NCBI GenBank assembly: GCA_965655095.1
Contig: OZ296650.1
Span: forward strand, 53,196,001-53,260,000
Source: Haplodiscus bocki
Taxonomy: Eukaryota
Direction: 5' to 3'
DNA: 64,000 bases
A program made the translations under genes and the position numbers. Shown here piece after piece: positions 1-13,600 of this stretch. The notes below the pieces were generated by a model. It worked only from the letters and a program-made list of their open reading frames with translations. It did not search any database and had not been told where the DNA came from. Each line of letters opens with the position of its first letter. The first letter of the stretch is position 1.

Positions 1-587
1 TTGGAGTAATGAGGGTCGCCTCAATTAGTCCTACAGTTTTTTCTCTTTTCAAAAGTCAAACTACCATCACCCCGACAAAATGGCTTCGTGTCCGGTTTCA
101 ATTTCATTTGGTGGTCTATTTGATTAATGAAACCCAAGTCATTCGCACTCTTCGAAAGATTTTTTTCGACATTTTGACATAGCCTCAAAATTTAGTTCAT
201 TTCACGTAAAATCAAGTATTGGCCATCAATTCCGATGTGCTTCTAAAAATTGATTTTTTTCGGCATTTTTTCTCGGTTCTCTTTGTAGAGGAAAAGTTTG
301 ATGCTTCAACTCAATAGTTTCAGGGATCCCGTCTGGGGTGTTTTTGTATAAAACAAAATAATCATTTTGAATAATTTTTATTCGTGCCGAGCGAATTCTC
401 TCGTTATTTCTAACTAGGGTTTTTCCTACCCATAACCCAATGGAATTTTGGAAGGATTCAAATCCAGTCACCATTCTTTCGGAGCTGTAAAATTCCAAAA
501 CCATCTTCGTTTCCTAAATCACATTGCAATAAATTTTCGCTACTAACTAAAAGTACTTGTGTTGAAACTGATGTCAGGTACATTGAT

Positions 588-1007
588 TCATTGATAATTG
601 GTCTTGAAATCAATGGTAACGTTCAGCGTATCTTTGCAAAAAATATTTTGTTCCTTGGCATACACTATGCAATCAGTTTTGGTCACAAAATCTAAACCTA
701 GCAGACAATGAAAAGTGTGTACTGACGACATTGGGAAACCGGGCCAAAACTCGGGTGCAATCTTTTTTAGGTGAACAAGGAGCTCTGCTTCTCCTTTTAC
801 AGGCATTGATGTACTGTTCGCTGCCAGAATTTTTCCCGTGTGGATCTTTGCAACTTTGAATCCCAAGGCTTGCAAGAAATTCCAGCTAACTACTGATACC
901 TTGTTGCCGCTATATACCAACGCAGAAGTCATTTTGTCTTGTATCAACAGTGTCCCGTATAACGCTTGCTCTGTCGTTGACTTCATTTCTATCATTATTC
1001 TAACCAT
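588..1007 (-). pseudogene. Retropepsin (aspartic protease) relic, catalytic Asp mutated
   Basis: ALVYSG in place of ALVDSG; ILAANSTSMPVKG flap region; LLGLDF C-terminal motif. Confidence 0.8.
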
Positions 1008-1119
1008 GGCTTTATTATTGGTGGGCTATTGTGCGGTCATTTCCATATCAGCCTCCTTTAGTTTTAAAAAGACAATCATTCATGAATTGTAGAGACCTTG
1101 CATACTTGAAGTAGTTTTT

Positions 1120-1161
1120 GCAATATCTACCCCAGTGACCACGTCGATCGCAATTCCGGCA
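1120..1161 (-). pseudogene. gag: Gag zinc knuckle CX2CX4HX4C
   Basis: Direct translation CRNCDRRGHWGRYC, correctly placed upstream of the protease. Confidence 0.85.
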
Positions 1162-4100
1162 GCTATCACCTTGAAGTCCCAACCCCCAATCAGATTTAGA
1201 AAACTTCTCTCAAAACTATGACCATTTGCACCTACTTGGGGATCTTCCGGGAGTTGGGGCTCTGTAATTGCTCTCCTCTAACCAGTACGCTCTCTATTTC
1301 TTCTGCGCCAATCCTGAAACCTTCCGCTTTGGTTACTTTCTCTTGACCTGCTCCTTCTAAAACTTTTTCTTCCTCGCTGCGGATTCCGCAACAGACAAAG
1401 CTTCAAGAGAGTTTTTCACAGAGTTAGTCAGCCTGTACTGTCGGGTTGAAGACCTGCAATTTCCGGTTCCCTTTCTTTTTCCTCAGTTTTCGTGACGGCT
1501 TGAAGATGTAGTGCTCTTTAACAAATGGTTTCTTTTGTTAACTCTGCTTCAACGAGGTTTTTTCTCAAAACCAATCTAACTTGACTGTTATGGACTCCTG
1601 CCAAAAATCCACGCACTACCAAACGATCACGAATCTCATTCGATTCCTCCTGGTAATCTTTGATGGCCAAACACTGCAAATCTGCCAAAAAGTCCAAAAG
1701 TTTTTCCGCTGGATGTTGCCTGCACGGAACGCGACTGGTTTTTTAGTAGATTGTGTTCCGAAAGCTCAGTTTTTTTGTCATGACTCGCTTTTTGCACGTC
1801 TGTTAAAGTGCGGTAGAAATCAATTGATGATTTTTGAAGTCGAAGTGCAGAAAAGCGCGCCGTTCATTTAATTCGATTTGAATTCCATCGTGCATTTCCG
1901 TTCTACAGCACTTCTGTCTTAGGCGCTGAATGTCTTATGTAGCTTTCATTGTCTCTGGAGAAAGTGACAGTTTCCAGAAACAACATCTTGGAAGTAGCCG
2001 TAGCCATAATTCTACTAACTCGACGCCCAACAACTTTCTTTTACACTGTTTGTCGTTTAGACTGTTTTGTTTGGCTTGTTAATATTCCGTTATTTTTAAA
2101 CTTTGTTCTCCATATACACGATACTTTGGGTCTTTGTAGTAGATTCAGAAGATGTGAAATAGCAATACCGAATTTACCGCGGTAAAGAGTCAGCAAAACC
2201 CACTGTTCTCCAATGATTTTTTATTCGTATGGCTCCTTGCTGAATCCCGGCATTGTTTGGTTATTTCTGTTTCTGATGTTTTCTGTTCTTCAATAGGTGA
2301 CTAAATCTTCACTAGCCTATTCAAAGACACTGAGCGTCCGCAGGCTATAACAAAAAAAATTTAACTCGAAATTCTTCTAATTTCAACTTTAATTTTCAAT
2401 GGTGGCTCGGAAAACTTTCACACTGGTACCAAACTAACTGTAGTAATAGCAACCAGAAGTTGCAGTTTCAAGCCAGTTAGAGGAAAGATTTGGCTTTATT
2501 TTACCCGGCAATTCCACTTTTGATGATTTTCACCTGATTTTGTCAGGTTTTACATGTGTCAGATATGTATAGCAAGGAATCTAAAACTCTTCTGTTCAGA
2601 ACAGAATTTCTGGTCCCAATTTGAAAAAGTTTTGGTTTTGGTTACTCACTATAACGAAATTTATGTTTTCAATCTCCAGTTCCTCGTCCTTCTGGGTCTG
2701 AGAGGATTTGGCGCATCTAAATGGTTTCCAGATAATATTTGCTAATAACGATGTTGAGAAGAAGATTTTCAGGATTTTTGAGTGTCGATGAACTCTCTTG
2801 AGTGATTGCAGATGAAATAAGTCAATGAGTGAAATGCGATGGGGATGAGATTTGGCTAAAAGATGATTTTGATGGCCCTTGTCTTTACCATAGCGTTCCC
2901 CAGACCTCGGGGGGAAAAAGAAGATTGTAGAGATTTTCTTGTTAGTTTTTTTTCAAAGTTTAGAATTGAATAGGGTTTTATTCTAGAAGCATGATAATTT
3001 TTCAGAATGAAAATTAAAGAATTCAGGCATTAAAGCAAATGGTCGACTCCTCAATTAGCTTATCTACTCCTCAGCAAACATTGTTGGGCGAAACCCGCCT
3101 TTACTTATTAATGTTATGGTAAAAATTCCGAAGGATAGCTCTTCAGTTCAAACAGATCCAGTGTCGACACCCGAGATTAGTTTTGCGAAACTTTTCGAAA
3201 TCGACAACCCAGATTTTTGACATGTCACATAGCTATAATTAATCTAAGGGCCGATCGTAAATCAAACTTTTTTACTGACCTTTTGAATATTTTCTCAAAC
3301 TTTCTAAAAACTTTCTGAAACTTTTTTAAATTATATTATACTAAAATGCTTTTGCCTCGGTGGGTAGAAAAATTGAAAAACAATCCTCTTTTTGATGATT
3401 TCTATCTTCACAACATTGAATGGACTGATTACATTGTTTCATTTCCTCCACCAATTACACGGAAGTTTTCGAAGTTTTGTTTAATCTTAAGTTGGAAAAG
3501 TCCGAGCCGTATGAAGGAACTTCCACCGCTGTTGTTGTATCTCTTCTTGTGTTACGTATAAACAAGTCTATAGAGGAAAAAAATTTCCAAAAAACCTAAA
3601 AAGAGCGAAATTCCACCGCTTTACTTGAAATGTAGAAAGACAGACACTGAAAAACATCGATCAAAGTCCTTCCGTCCCATAGTAAGTTAACCCATTGAAC
3701 AAATTTTTCAAGAAAGACTGCGTGAATTTTGCAAAAAGAAAAAGTTATTGAAAGAAAAACGGTTTGTTTTAAGATCAGGATACACCACTGTTTATATTTC
3801 TTCGAATTTCTAGAAGATATTTGCTGCTGTGACAACTCAAAGTTTACATCTATTATACTTGACCTGAGGAAACATTTGGGACAAACGACCATTCAGTTTT
3901 AGTTAAAATGCTAAATAGGTATGTTGTGCCGATGGGTTTCCCCGGATTGGCTCAACACGTCTGTAAAGAAAAGAAACCATTTCGTATAGATACAAAGTGC
4001 TGAAAGTGAATTGATAACAGTATCTTCTGGCTTCCCTCGAAATTCTTTTTTTGGGTCCCTTCTCTTCATTGAAAATATTGACGGTTGAAGATGTTATACC

Positions 4101-4999
4101 TAGTTGTTCTCAGATGATAAAACCGCCTTATACAGGCAACCAAAAAAGTAAAAACAGGAGCAATATAGACCCTCTTCTCATTGACCTTCTTGGGTGGATG
4201 TCTCAAAGCACATTTTTTATTACAATAAAGACATAATGGCGGCATTTCTTTTGGTGCACTGCTGGCAATTTTTTTCAAGTAACCAAACTACTAAAATTTG
4301 CAGAGTTCGTAGTTTAAAAACATCTCCTATTAGAATTTCCGCAGTTTTTACAAATTTTTCATTGTTTTCCACTTTTTTTGGTTTTCTCTAGCCAAAATTT
4401 GATTTTTTTTTGATTCCACAGAGTCCATTTTTGAGTCCTGGTCCAGTTCTTCATCCAAACAATCCGACTGAAGCGAGCACATTCGATGCAGGAAGCGCTG
4501 CTTCCGGCTTCCGATGACCCCTTTAGGCTCCAGTTCCGGTTCTTTCCTACTCCGGGAAGGACGAAATGTAGCTGATGAGAGCGTTCACCTCTTTCTTTGG
4601 AAAAAGTGAATTTCATTTTCAACTTGGTGCCAAAGTCATTCAACATAAAAGTTCGATCAGTTTATCTGAGAGTTTGTGCAGAGACACAAATGACACTGCC
4701 AGCTATGGGAGGCCCAAACTTTTCCCGGCTTTGCTTGGAAGACCATCCTCCAGGCACGAAAATCTAATTCAAACGATGGGAAAGTGAAAAAATCACCGTT
4801 GATGATTTTTGCTTCCAGAGACATTTTTGCAACATACTTAAAAACAATCCTTTTTAATTGTATCCCTTGAGCCTGTTGGTCTAACGTCCAGTTTACCTAA
4901 TCAAAGATAAACTCTGCAACGCAGTTTAATAGCACTTGAAACGAAGTATATTTTAAACTTTATGAAGTTTAAATGCAATACAAAAAAGGCATTAAAAAA

Positions 5000-7900
5000 C
5001 AAGTCAAAGTTTAGATCTTGAAAAACAAGCCAGCTTTTTGTCCTTTTTTGACAAATTATGCTAATATCAATTTTTCAGGGATGATGATGTGCTGCAAACG
5101 ATTAAAAGCATCAAGAAACCAACCCGAGAGAAAGTGCGAGAAAACCGAAAGTTTCATGCAAAAAACACGTGAAGAGCAAATCAATAGCCACAGCACGACA
5201 TATTCTCCGGAAAAATGTCTTCCACCCATCAAACCAACAAATTTTCAAATTGTCCTGACGAACTGCAAAAAATCGCAAAAGAGGCAGTCGGAGAAGCAGC
5301 TCACGCCATCTTAGAGGAAATCATTGATGCGAAACTGCCTTCACATCTGAGGAAACTGAAGAAATAGTGTTTTTTGAGAAATGGCACGTATGAGAAGGTT
5401 GTCGTATACCTCGATCGGGTGTTAGAACAGAACATTTTGAAAGCTCTTGATTAACTTTGAATGACAAGAGTGAGCCACCTTGCCACGAATACAACTGCTG
5501 AAAAAACAAAACAACGTCGCAACTTAGCAAAATACCAGGACACTGGAATTTTCGATACCGTCAGTTAAAGCGAGGAAAAGAATAAACTTGGGCACTAAAA
5601 AAATGGAAATCACCTCCAACCTAATTGGAGAAATATACCTATCCCTAACAAAAACTGCAACTACAACAACTACAACAATAAAAGAACCAACAAAAAACCA
5701 AAAAACCATATAAGTCTACTCGCCTTGTAAGACGTGCGGAACAACAATCGAACCCGCAGAGAAAAACTACCTTGCAGCCAGTGCACAAAAAATGCGGCAG
5801 CCTTAGGACAAAAAAACACGCAGGAGAAAACCGAGTCCGAAAACAGGACACCCAAAACAACCCGAGGAGGTGTTCCAGCCTACAGCCTATACTTTGAAAT
5901 GAAAGCGCTAGGTCTCCAATCCAGATCTGAAATCGATAAACGGGAAACCACCTAAACATTACTTCCGCTAATCCGGGAGGCTCTCGGGCCGCAAGCTGCA
6001 ATCACCGTAAACAACTCTAGATGGGCATAATTTAGTTAATCTTGAAAATGAATCTAGCACTAAAACTACACCAAATGCCCAAGACCCCGAAACCAGACAG
6101 AAAAATGACGTAGCGCTGCATATTCCACCACCCAGAGGAAAGTCACATCAAAAGTCTCGATACGACACTGAGCCGCTCCGATCAAACCAAACTAGGAGCA
6201 TTTGAGTACGGTATCTCGAAGACTCCCAGAAAAATTGAATTGGAACCCAGGAAACACAACCCATGTGACGGCCTATTATGTTGCAGATGGCTATACGCTT
6301 CATCATACAATAACAACTCCACAGATAGAAGAAGTGCTCGTGAGTAATGAAAACACGAAGTAGTTGTTCAAGCCTCAATCCTCCCCTTTTCCCCTCCCTA
6401 TTTCAAGATTGATCTAACAAAAGACGCCCTAGTTGACTCTGGGGCCTATGTCAGATCAGTTGTTGTAACTGAATACAACAGAATCGAACAAAAAGCATCT
6501 ACAAACAACTCAAAATTTGACAATCCTCCAAACTTTTGAACAGCAGCGGTGAGCGGCCACTTAGAGAAACCAACAGGAAGTTCCCCATTTAAATTTAGTG
6601 ACCGAGATCACATGATTGCTCAACATTTTTCGTCATGGACATCTTAACACGGCCAAATATCGGGTCGTACTTCATGAGACACACGGACGTGGTTCCTTGA
6701 TAGTACACATGGCCTCATTTGATACCTTCACATGACAAAACAACTCAAAAGTGCTACCAGCAAAACATCTGCGAAAGCCCTATCTGTTATCAGCGATGAC
6801 CTCCTGACCAGTCACTCTGAGACAACAGAGAGGGTCACAAATTGATTGAGTTCTTACTCAAGGCCATATATTTTTAACAAGAAAGCAGCAATCAGATAAC
6901 AAGCACGACCGAATCGCTCTTTAAAATCAAACAATTCAAACAGATTTCCTGATTCTCCAAAATCCCTTCGGAGCAATTAAAGACCTCCAAACCAATAGGC
7001 AGGGTGATCCACAAAGTGATTCGGGCAGGTGATTCTAATTCGACTACGTACCCGAAAACTTCAACGAGCTGTTGAAAACAAACGAAGCAAAACAGCAGAG
7101 CAACACACTTTGTTACCAGCAGACAGAGGCCCTGGCAAATCTGCAGACAATACCCCTTACAGACACGTATCCTCAAATAAAGGTATCAATTAAAAGCGAA
7201 AGAAAAACTCAATCTCAAAGACAATGCCCGAATCAAGAAAAAAAGCATTGAAAAGTTTGACTGGGCTAACTGAATGTTTACAGAAGCTGAAAACTTAGCG
7301 ATTGGTGACATCCTAGTTGAATATCAAGAGAGAGTTGCAAGGCACAGAAAGTACAATGGGATGAGAATGGAGTTTAAACAGAAAATCCCGCCAAACGATT
7401 ACAAGCTTCCTACATACAGAGCCTACCAATGCCAATCCATCTGAAAGAAATCTTACTCATACACATTTTTGGGAAAAACCGCTCTGCCTTTCTACAAGTA
7501 CAGTTTTTGCTCAAAAGGAACCCAGCAGAAAGTTACAACTACTTGTAGGTCTAATGAGAAAAATCAACAGTCTGATTACGGATGACTCAAAGATTTTCTT
7601 CTTTCAAAGACCATTTTCACACGGAGAGCGACAACTGCAGAGAAAACTTTCTTCAAAAAAAAACTTGCTGCGAGGAATGTCAGTTTCTGCAGATGCTTAA
7701 CCAGCGGTCACTGCAAAAGCTTGCACTCGTTACGGTAACAAAACAATTGCCTGCAAAAGACTTGCACAAAGTCTCAGCAGATTTGTCTCTGTAGCTAAAA
7801 GCCTTATGAGCGAGTACACGGACCGAGTTGTCAAAACAGACCAGTGTCCTCAAAACAAGAAATATAGTAGGATTGTAGTTGATAATGCTAAAAACTTTAC

Positions 7901-10600
7901 CCGGAACATTCGGGCAGCGTTTGAGTGCTTTTGCAAAGTCGGGTTGAAATAGGATTCCCAAAAATGCTGTTACAGAGTCAGACAAGTTGAAATACTTTAA
8001 GGCATCGACTCACCAGAAAAAGTTTCGACGGAAACTCTTTAATTTCAAATTTTTCTCAGCACTCTGAGCTGACCCAGATTAAAAAAAGTTTAGTAAGGCT
8101 ATCTAGGACACTTGAATTTTAAAAAAGTTACCTTCCCAGCGTAGTTGGAGAACCCAATCCCTTAAATAAACAATTGAAGGCAGAAACGCGTAGAAGCATA
8201 ACTTCAGAATTTAAAAACACATTTGAGGCGGAAAACACAGCGCTCAGTGAGTCTTAAGAATTGGCATTGAAACACTCTTTTCCGGAAGAACAACTGGTGA
8301 TGCTGACGGATGCAGGCTTCAGACCTACCAGTTATGACCTCACGGTTGAGGTCAACACATAGCAAAAAAACTCAGTCAAAACGTGAAATTTACGCCCAAT
8401 GACATTCTGATCGAAAGTTATGCCTTGCTTACTTTAAAATGTGAATTTAATCTAGAGAAATCTTGGCCGCTTAAATGGGATTCGTCGAGTTTGTGCAGAT
8501 TCTGTTGGAATCAACGAAGCCACCAATTGTCCTGTTGAGTAATATATCATTCACATATTTCATCCTGACAGAAGCTTTTCCACTGACGTTGGGGAAAACA
8601 TATAACTACGTTTTAAAAAGTAACTTCATCGTAGCACTCAATGCGAGTTCAGTCAACACAGCTACTGACTTTTTCTCGAGACTGGAACTCACAGTAACGA
8701 CAAGATCCGACGCAAAAATCCGGAAGGTATACAAACAACAGCAACTAAGGTGACAACGTCCTTCTCGGATGCCACTGGTGGAGATTAGCTCTTTTGACAA
8801 CAGCAGACTACGATAATGTGTTTCAAAAACACACTAATAAAAAAATGGAGAAACCTCAGAAAGTGCGGCAGATTGGGTGTGGAATGAACAACCGTCCCCA
8901 ATAAATTTTCCTGTCAAAGCATCCACAAGAATTGAGTGAAACCTTTTTTATACTCCATGAATGGAACCGAAACGAAAACATGTCCTCGAGTGGCGCAAGA
9001 GCCTATTTAGTATTTAAAAAAGTCGAAACTGAAATTACCAGGCCAACTGCATGATGAGGTGATATTAACATCAGAAAGAAGATACAAGAAAAATAAAGCA
9101 ATTGAGGATCGTATGATCCTCGAACATAGACAACTGTTCACATGTACTACAGATAAGCTGGTACTGTCAAGTTTTAACAAGTACTGATACCTGACAAACT
9201 TCTGAACGAAGTGCTTCAGAAGCTACACGGAATCGCGAAAAAAAATCAGCTACCCACAGAATTACTATTATCCAAACATGACAGAGTTAATCGGGAAGTG
9301 GGTCACGTTATGTGAGCAATCTATCAAGGAATCAAAGATTGGCAACACGTTCACCCGATTACCCCTTCAAAAAACTAGCCAACACGTCACAGGACCCGAA
9401 GATGCCATGCAGATGGATTTGGTTCCGGAACCACCTCCATCAGTTGACTACAAAAACTATATTAAACCATGGACGTGTTCTCCAGATGTTTGTTTGCATA
9501 CCCTACGACAAACCAACACCCCACAAAACTTTCCAGAACTGTTATTGCTACCATGACTAAAAATGCTTACTTGCAAGGGACGGCCATTTCCGAAAGAAGA
9601 TCACTGTTTAAAACCCAGGTGACTGAAGGAGTCAATCACATTCTAGTAGTCACTCGGGAACTTGCAGAAACGATGCTTGACAGAACGCAAGCAACACTAA
9701 AGAAAGTGCTAAAGATGAAAACCAGGGAAAGAATGGCAATGAAGCCTACGTGTGTCAACATTGCTGTTCCAATTCACTACAAGTCATACCAAATGAGTAT
9801 TGGGTGTTAACCTAGCGGAGTGTTCCACGCCCGCAATCCGTACAAAGTCATATACTTGAAGATCGGCTTTCTTAAACAACGACGACGAATACCGAGCTCA
9901 CAATTTGCCCAGTATGTTCTTGAGCGAATGAAAATAATGTTTCAGGTTGATTTTGGTAGTGCCATGCAAGACTAAATTTAGAACAAAACTTACTCTGACA
10001 GAAAACAAACAATTCATAGATAAGAGAACGGAAATACAACTAACTGCTACAGTTGAAAGCATGTCATCATGGACGCAAGGTTCTTTTCACAGATTATTGG
10101 CGGGCTGATCTTGACCTTTTTGTAAAAGCTCTAACATTTAACGTTTCTTTGGTATGCAAAGACGGAATCGACAAAAACCAACTCCTTTGCAGCACTTCAC
10201 GCCCAAAAACTTCTTATCAGACGTAGAAAACTTGTCACAAGGTTGAAAAACTGACTCGGTAGTGACCATCAAAAACAACGATTTCAGGCTAGAACATGGG
10301 AGTCCCATATTGAAAAGCCGTTCTTTGATCCAAGAAGAACCAATTCCACTTAATCGACGTGAAGTGGCTACCGAATCTAATCAGAGGAATACTGAAAGAT
10401 GTAACACACCAAGCACATAACCAAAAAAAGTTCTGAAAGACGGTATACATGTTGGATTGCATACCGATCTTTAAAATAGACCTTGTACGTACCGGAACAA
10501 GCTCGAACCCAAACCTACCAACCCCCGCAATAAAACGTTTGATATGCATCAAAGCTCGAGACCAAACTGCAGTGACGATGACACATACTGAATTTCCCAT
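5000..10600 (+). mobile_element. Degenerate Ty3/Gypsy retrotransposon gag-pol
   Basis: Colinear relics: gag (ELQKIAKEAVGEAAHAILEEII..KLP ~5260-5350; knuckle-like PCKTCG ~5720), protease DALVDSGAYV 6423-6452, RT ~7300-8250, RNase H QLVMLTDAGFR 8291-8323 and NTATDFFSRLE ~8655, integrase GPEDAMQMDLVPE / MDVFSRCLFAYPT 9390-9510. The RT-RH-IN order is Gypsy-type. Many stops and frameshifts. Confidence 0.9.
9200..9900 (+). pseudogene. Integrase (rve) relic of the Gypsy element
   Basis: ORFs 9278-9556 and 9469-9810 give ELIGKWVTLCEQS (HHCC remnant), MQMDLV, MDVFSRCLFAYP, and YKSYQMSIGC (YNTSxHxSxG-like). Confidence 0.85.
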
Positions 10601-13600
10601 TTTCCGAACAAGTTTTCATAGTATATGCTAGTATGTGCTACGGAGTAGATACCTTCACCTTTGGAGAAACTGTTAGTTTTTTACTCGCAGAACTTACGGA
10701 ATAAGTACAAGTTACACCTAGTACTTTGAGGATTAACCCTGGAGACTGAGTTTTGTTCTCCTTGCATCCAAAAGACAACAACTAAAACTAATTTCAAACC
10801 TAAATCAAAAATCAGAAATTCATAAACTAAGTAAGCACCGTTACAAGGAAGTTTGTTTCTTTGAACTCCTTTTGAAAATGAGGGCAGCATAGCCACAGCT
10901 AGCACTTTCATTGAGCTAGATTCACCGAAGTTGCTCTCAAGAGCAGCACGAAAGATGGATTCTCTTCACGATCGAAACGTGGAGCTGACGTACTAACCGG
11001 CGAGAAGTTTTGCGTGCCAAAACAGGACTGGCAGACTCCCGCTTATTTTTGCCTTCTCCAGGACTCGATGTTGTGCCACTAGACTTGGGAAGACCTGGGC
11101 TTTGACTTTTTTCCAAACATTTGACGTCTATCACTTTGACCGAATTTGGTCACCGGACACCAATGCGTCGCCCAGCTTTGTCAACTACTGTCGTTGCCAC
11201 ACTGTGCAGACCAAACCACTGCTCCCGTGTGACACTTGACGTTTTCCAGCGCAGCAGCATTTTTCCTTGAGTCGATTTCCAAATAAAACGATCGAGTCGG
11301 CACATGTCTCAAGATATTCCTTCGGCTTTAAACGAAAGACAACAGCAGCAACCAACACGGCCTTTTTTCTGTTTCCCAGAAGAAGCTCCTTTTCGCGAAC
11401 AGAGGATTGTGAACAATTTCTTGGACTCTCGATGCAACCTTCAACCACATGATTGTCTATGGCCACTCATGTAGGACATTTTGTTAAGTTAGCAGCCAGT
11501 TCCACTGGACCGTTGAACACAAGAGTTGTCAACTGGAAGGTCTGAAAGAACAAAATCACGAAAAATTTAGCAATGCCCTTCAACAGTGTATACTCCTGGA
11601 TAAAAGAACACCTATGCATAATTTGCGACAAGAACGCATACCGGTCCAGCTTTATCAGAATGAAACAACGTCACTGATTGGAGCATGTGTTTTTCCGGCA
11701 TCTTCTTCACTTGTCGGTGTTCACGCACAAAAGATTGAAACTCAACCTTCGGAGTTTAACTTTCAGGTACTCTCACGCAAACAAGCACTAACAGCCTATC
11801 CAACATTTGGCGGCGGAGGTGAGAGGCTGAACCATTTTCACCTCCAAGAACAATTCCGGTGCAAAAGCGGCTGAGTCCATGCTGATCCAGAGAACGCGTG
11901 GGAACAGTAGAAAAAATCGTGTGTACGAATTCCTCCAGAAAACAACGGACAGTCCCTGCGAATTTCACTCTGCAGAAAAAGAAGCTCATCTCCTCAAAAG
12001 CTGACACCAACCAAGTTCCCTCCAACAAGTGCTCCTCTTTGATTGAATCAAAGCATGAATGATTTAGGATCACGTATGCTTCCTAATTGTCAGTGGCCGG
12101 CCAGGCACTACTTAGTTTAGCTTTCTGTCGGATACAATATACAAATATTTATAGCTCCTATTGGTCAATTTGCAAATGTCGGCCCTGCCACAATGCAGCT
12201 CATTGAAATTGAGTGCAAGCAAAACAACCCAGATAAGGAATGGACTCAGAAAAGAAAAGCCAGGAATAGCACCAGCTACCCCCAGTGTTGGTCACACTAA
12301 ATGTATTGGTACAACAACCAGTTCAGTTATGCAGCAAACGACACGTGATATGAGGAGTACCTGTTTTCTTCGCGGAACTAGGAAATGACAAAAACCGGCA
12401 GTATAGGAGGAACTTCTTACGTCCCTCCGTGAATATCAACCAACTGAAGAAGACACTAGGACCGCTATTTGAAGTTTCTTTGTTCACTCCAATCTCAACA
12501 GGCGAAACGAAGAACTGACGAGGAACGCTACTACATACCTCTTAGATCCTACTCCCTTTCTCCTATCATGCCAAACAAGGAACACACTAGGAGTGAGTCC
12601 AAATCTCAAAAGTTGCCCCAAAGGTACTGAAGAACTGAAAAAAAATCGTTCACCACGTAGTTCACCCAAAAATCATCCAAGCAATAAGGCGAGCAAAAGA
12701 GATACAGGAAACTTCTGACAGACCTCGTAAAAAATACTCGAAACCGATACGTCGTGACTGGACCAAAAGAAGAAACACTGAATGTCATTCTTTGAGAGTT
12801 CGAGGACCATGCGAAAGAAAGGGAATTCCATTCTGGAAGTAACCTTCGACTTTTTCCGTTAAAAACAAGAAAAACAAAGAGTATATAGATACTCTAGGAA
12901 TGAAAAAAAGGTTTGCATTTTAACCTTAAGTTGTAATCATCACGTTTTTGGCCGTCTCTGTGAGGAATGAGACAATTAAAGGCCACACACGTACACTATA
13001 CTGGCGACAAGTCCTTCTACGGATAGCATGTTCAGTTCAACGGTGATGATGGCACGACAGAATTTGGCTCGTGGCATTAAGCATTTGCCATTCCCAGCAA
13101 CTAAAATCTGGTGGCAGAAAATTCCGTCGTGAAGTATCGTCAAAGACTGATAACGGTACGTTCCGTAGGCATTGATTCAAAAACTTGAAGTCAAAATTCG
13201 GGCCCTCAACTACTTTTTGCTGAAATCCACACCAAATATCGCCCACGCAGAAGCCAACGACCACATGTAGCCCTGCAGAAACGGCAACTATAGACGCAGG
13301 GTCACCCATAGCAGCTACAATTGAAACTAGCACAAGTGTTTCTCGTGTGTCATCACTGCTGAAAGGGTTCAAAAAAAGTCGGCAACGCCGCGGAGGATGA
13401 CGTTTACCAAGCTCACACAAACGCTCAAACAACTTGGTCCCTGTCTGCAATTCAAGACCGTATATTCGATGCGTCTTGGATCACACAACTTCATGTGACA
13501 TTATTCTTTGCAGCAAACCAATAAAGAGAAGCGACTGAGAACAAAACAGCTTTGAAGAACTGGAAATCACACAGAGGAACGCCGGATTTTTTGGAACTAA

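Larger units (their letters stand above)
1..2440 (-). mobile_element. Degenerate Ty3/Gypsy LTR retrotransposon (5' leader, gag, protease, start of RT; runs off the left window edge)
   Basis: Minus strand: CCHC knuckle CRNCDRRGHWGRYC at 1120-1161; decayed aspartic protease SALVYSGNKVSVVS...CLLGLDF in ORF 588-1007; pre-RT linker NDLGFINQIDHQMKLKPDTKPF at ~80-145; PBS-like TGGTACCAG at ~2425-2433, a few nt from a possible LTR end (...TACTACA). Confidence 0.85.
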
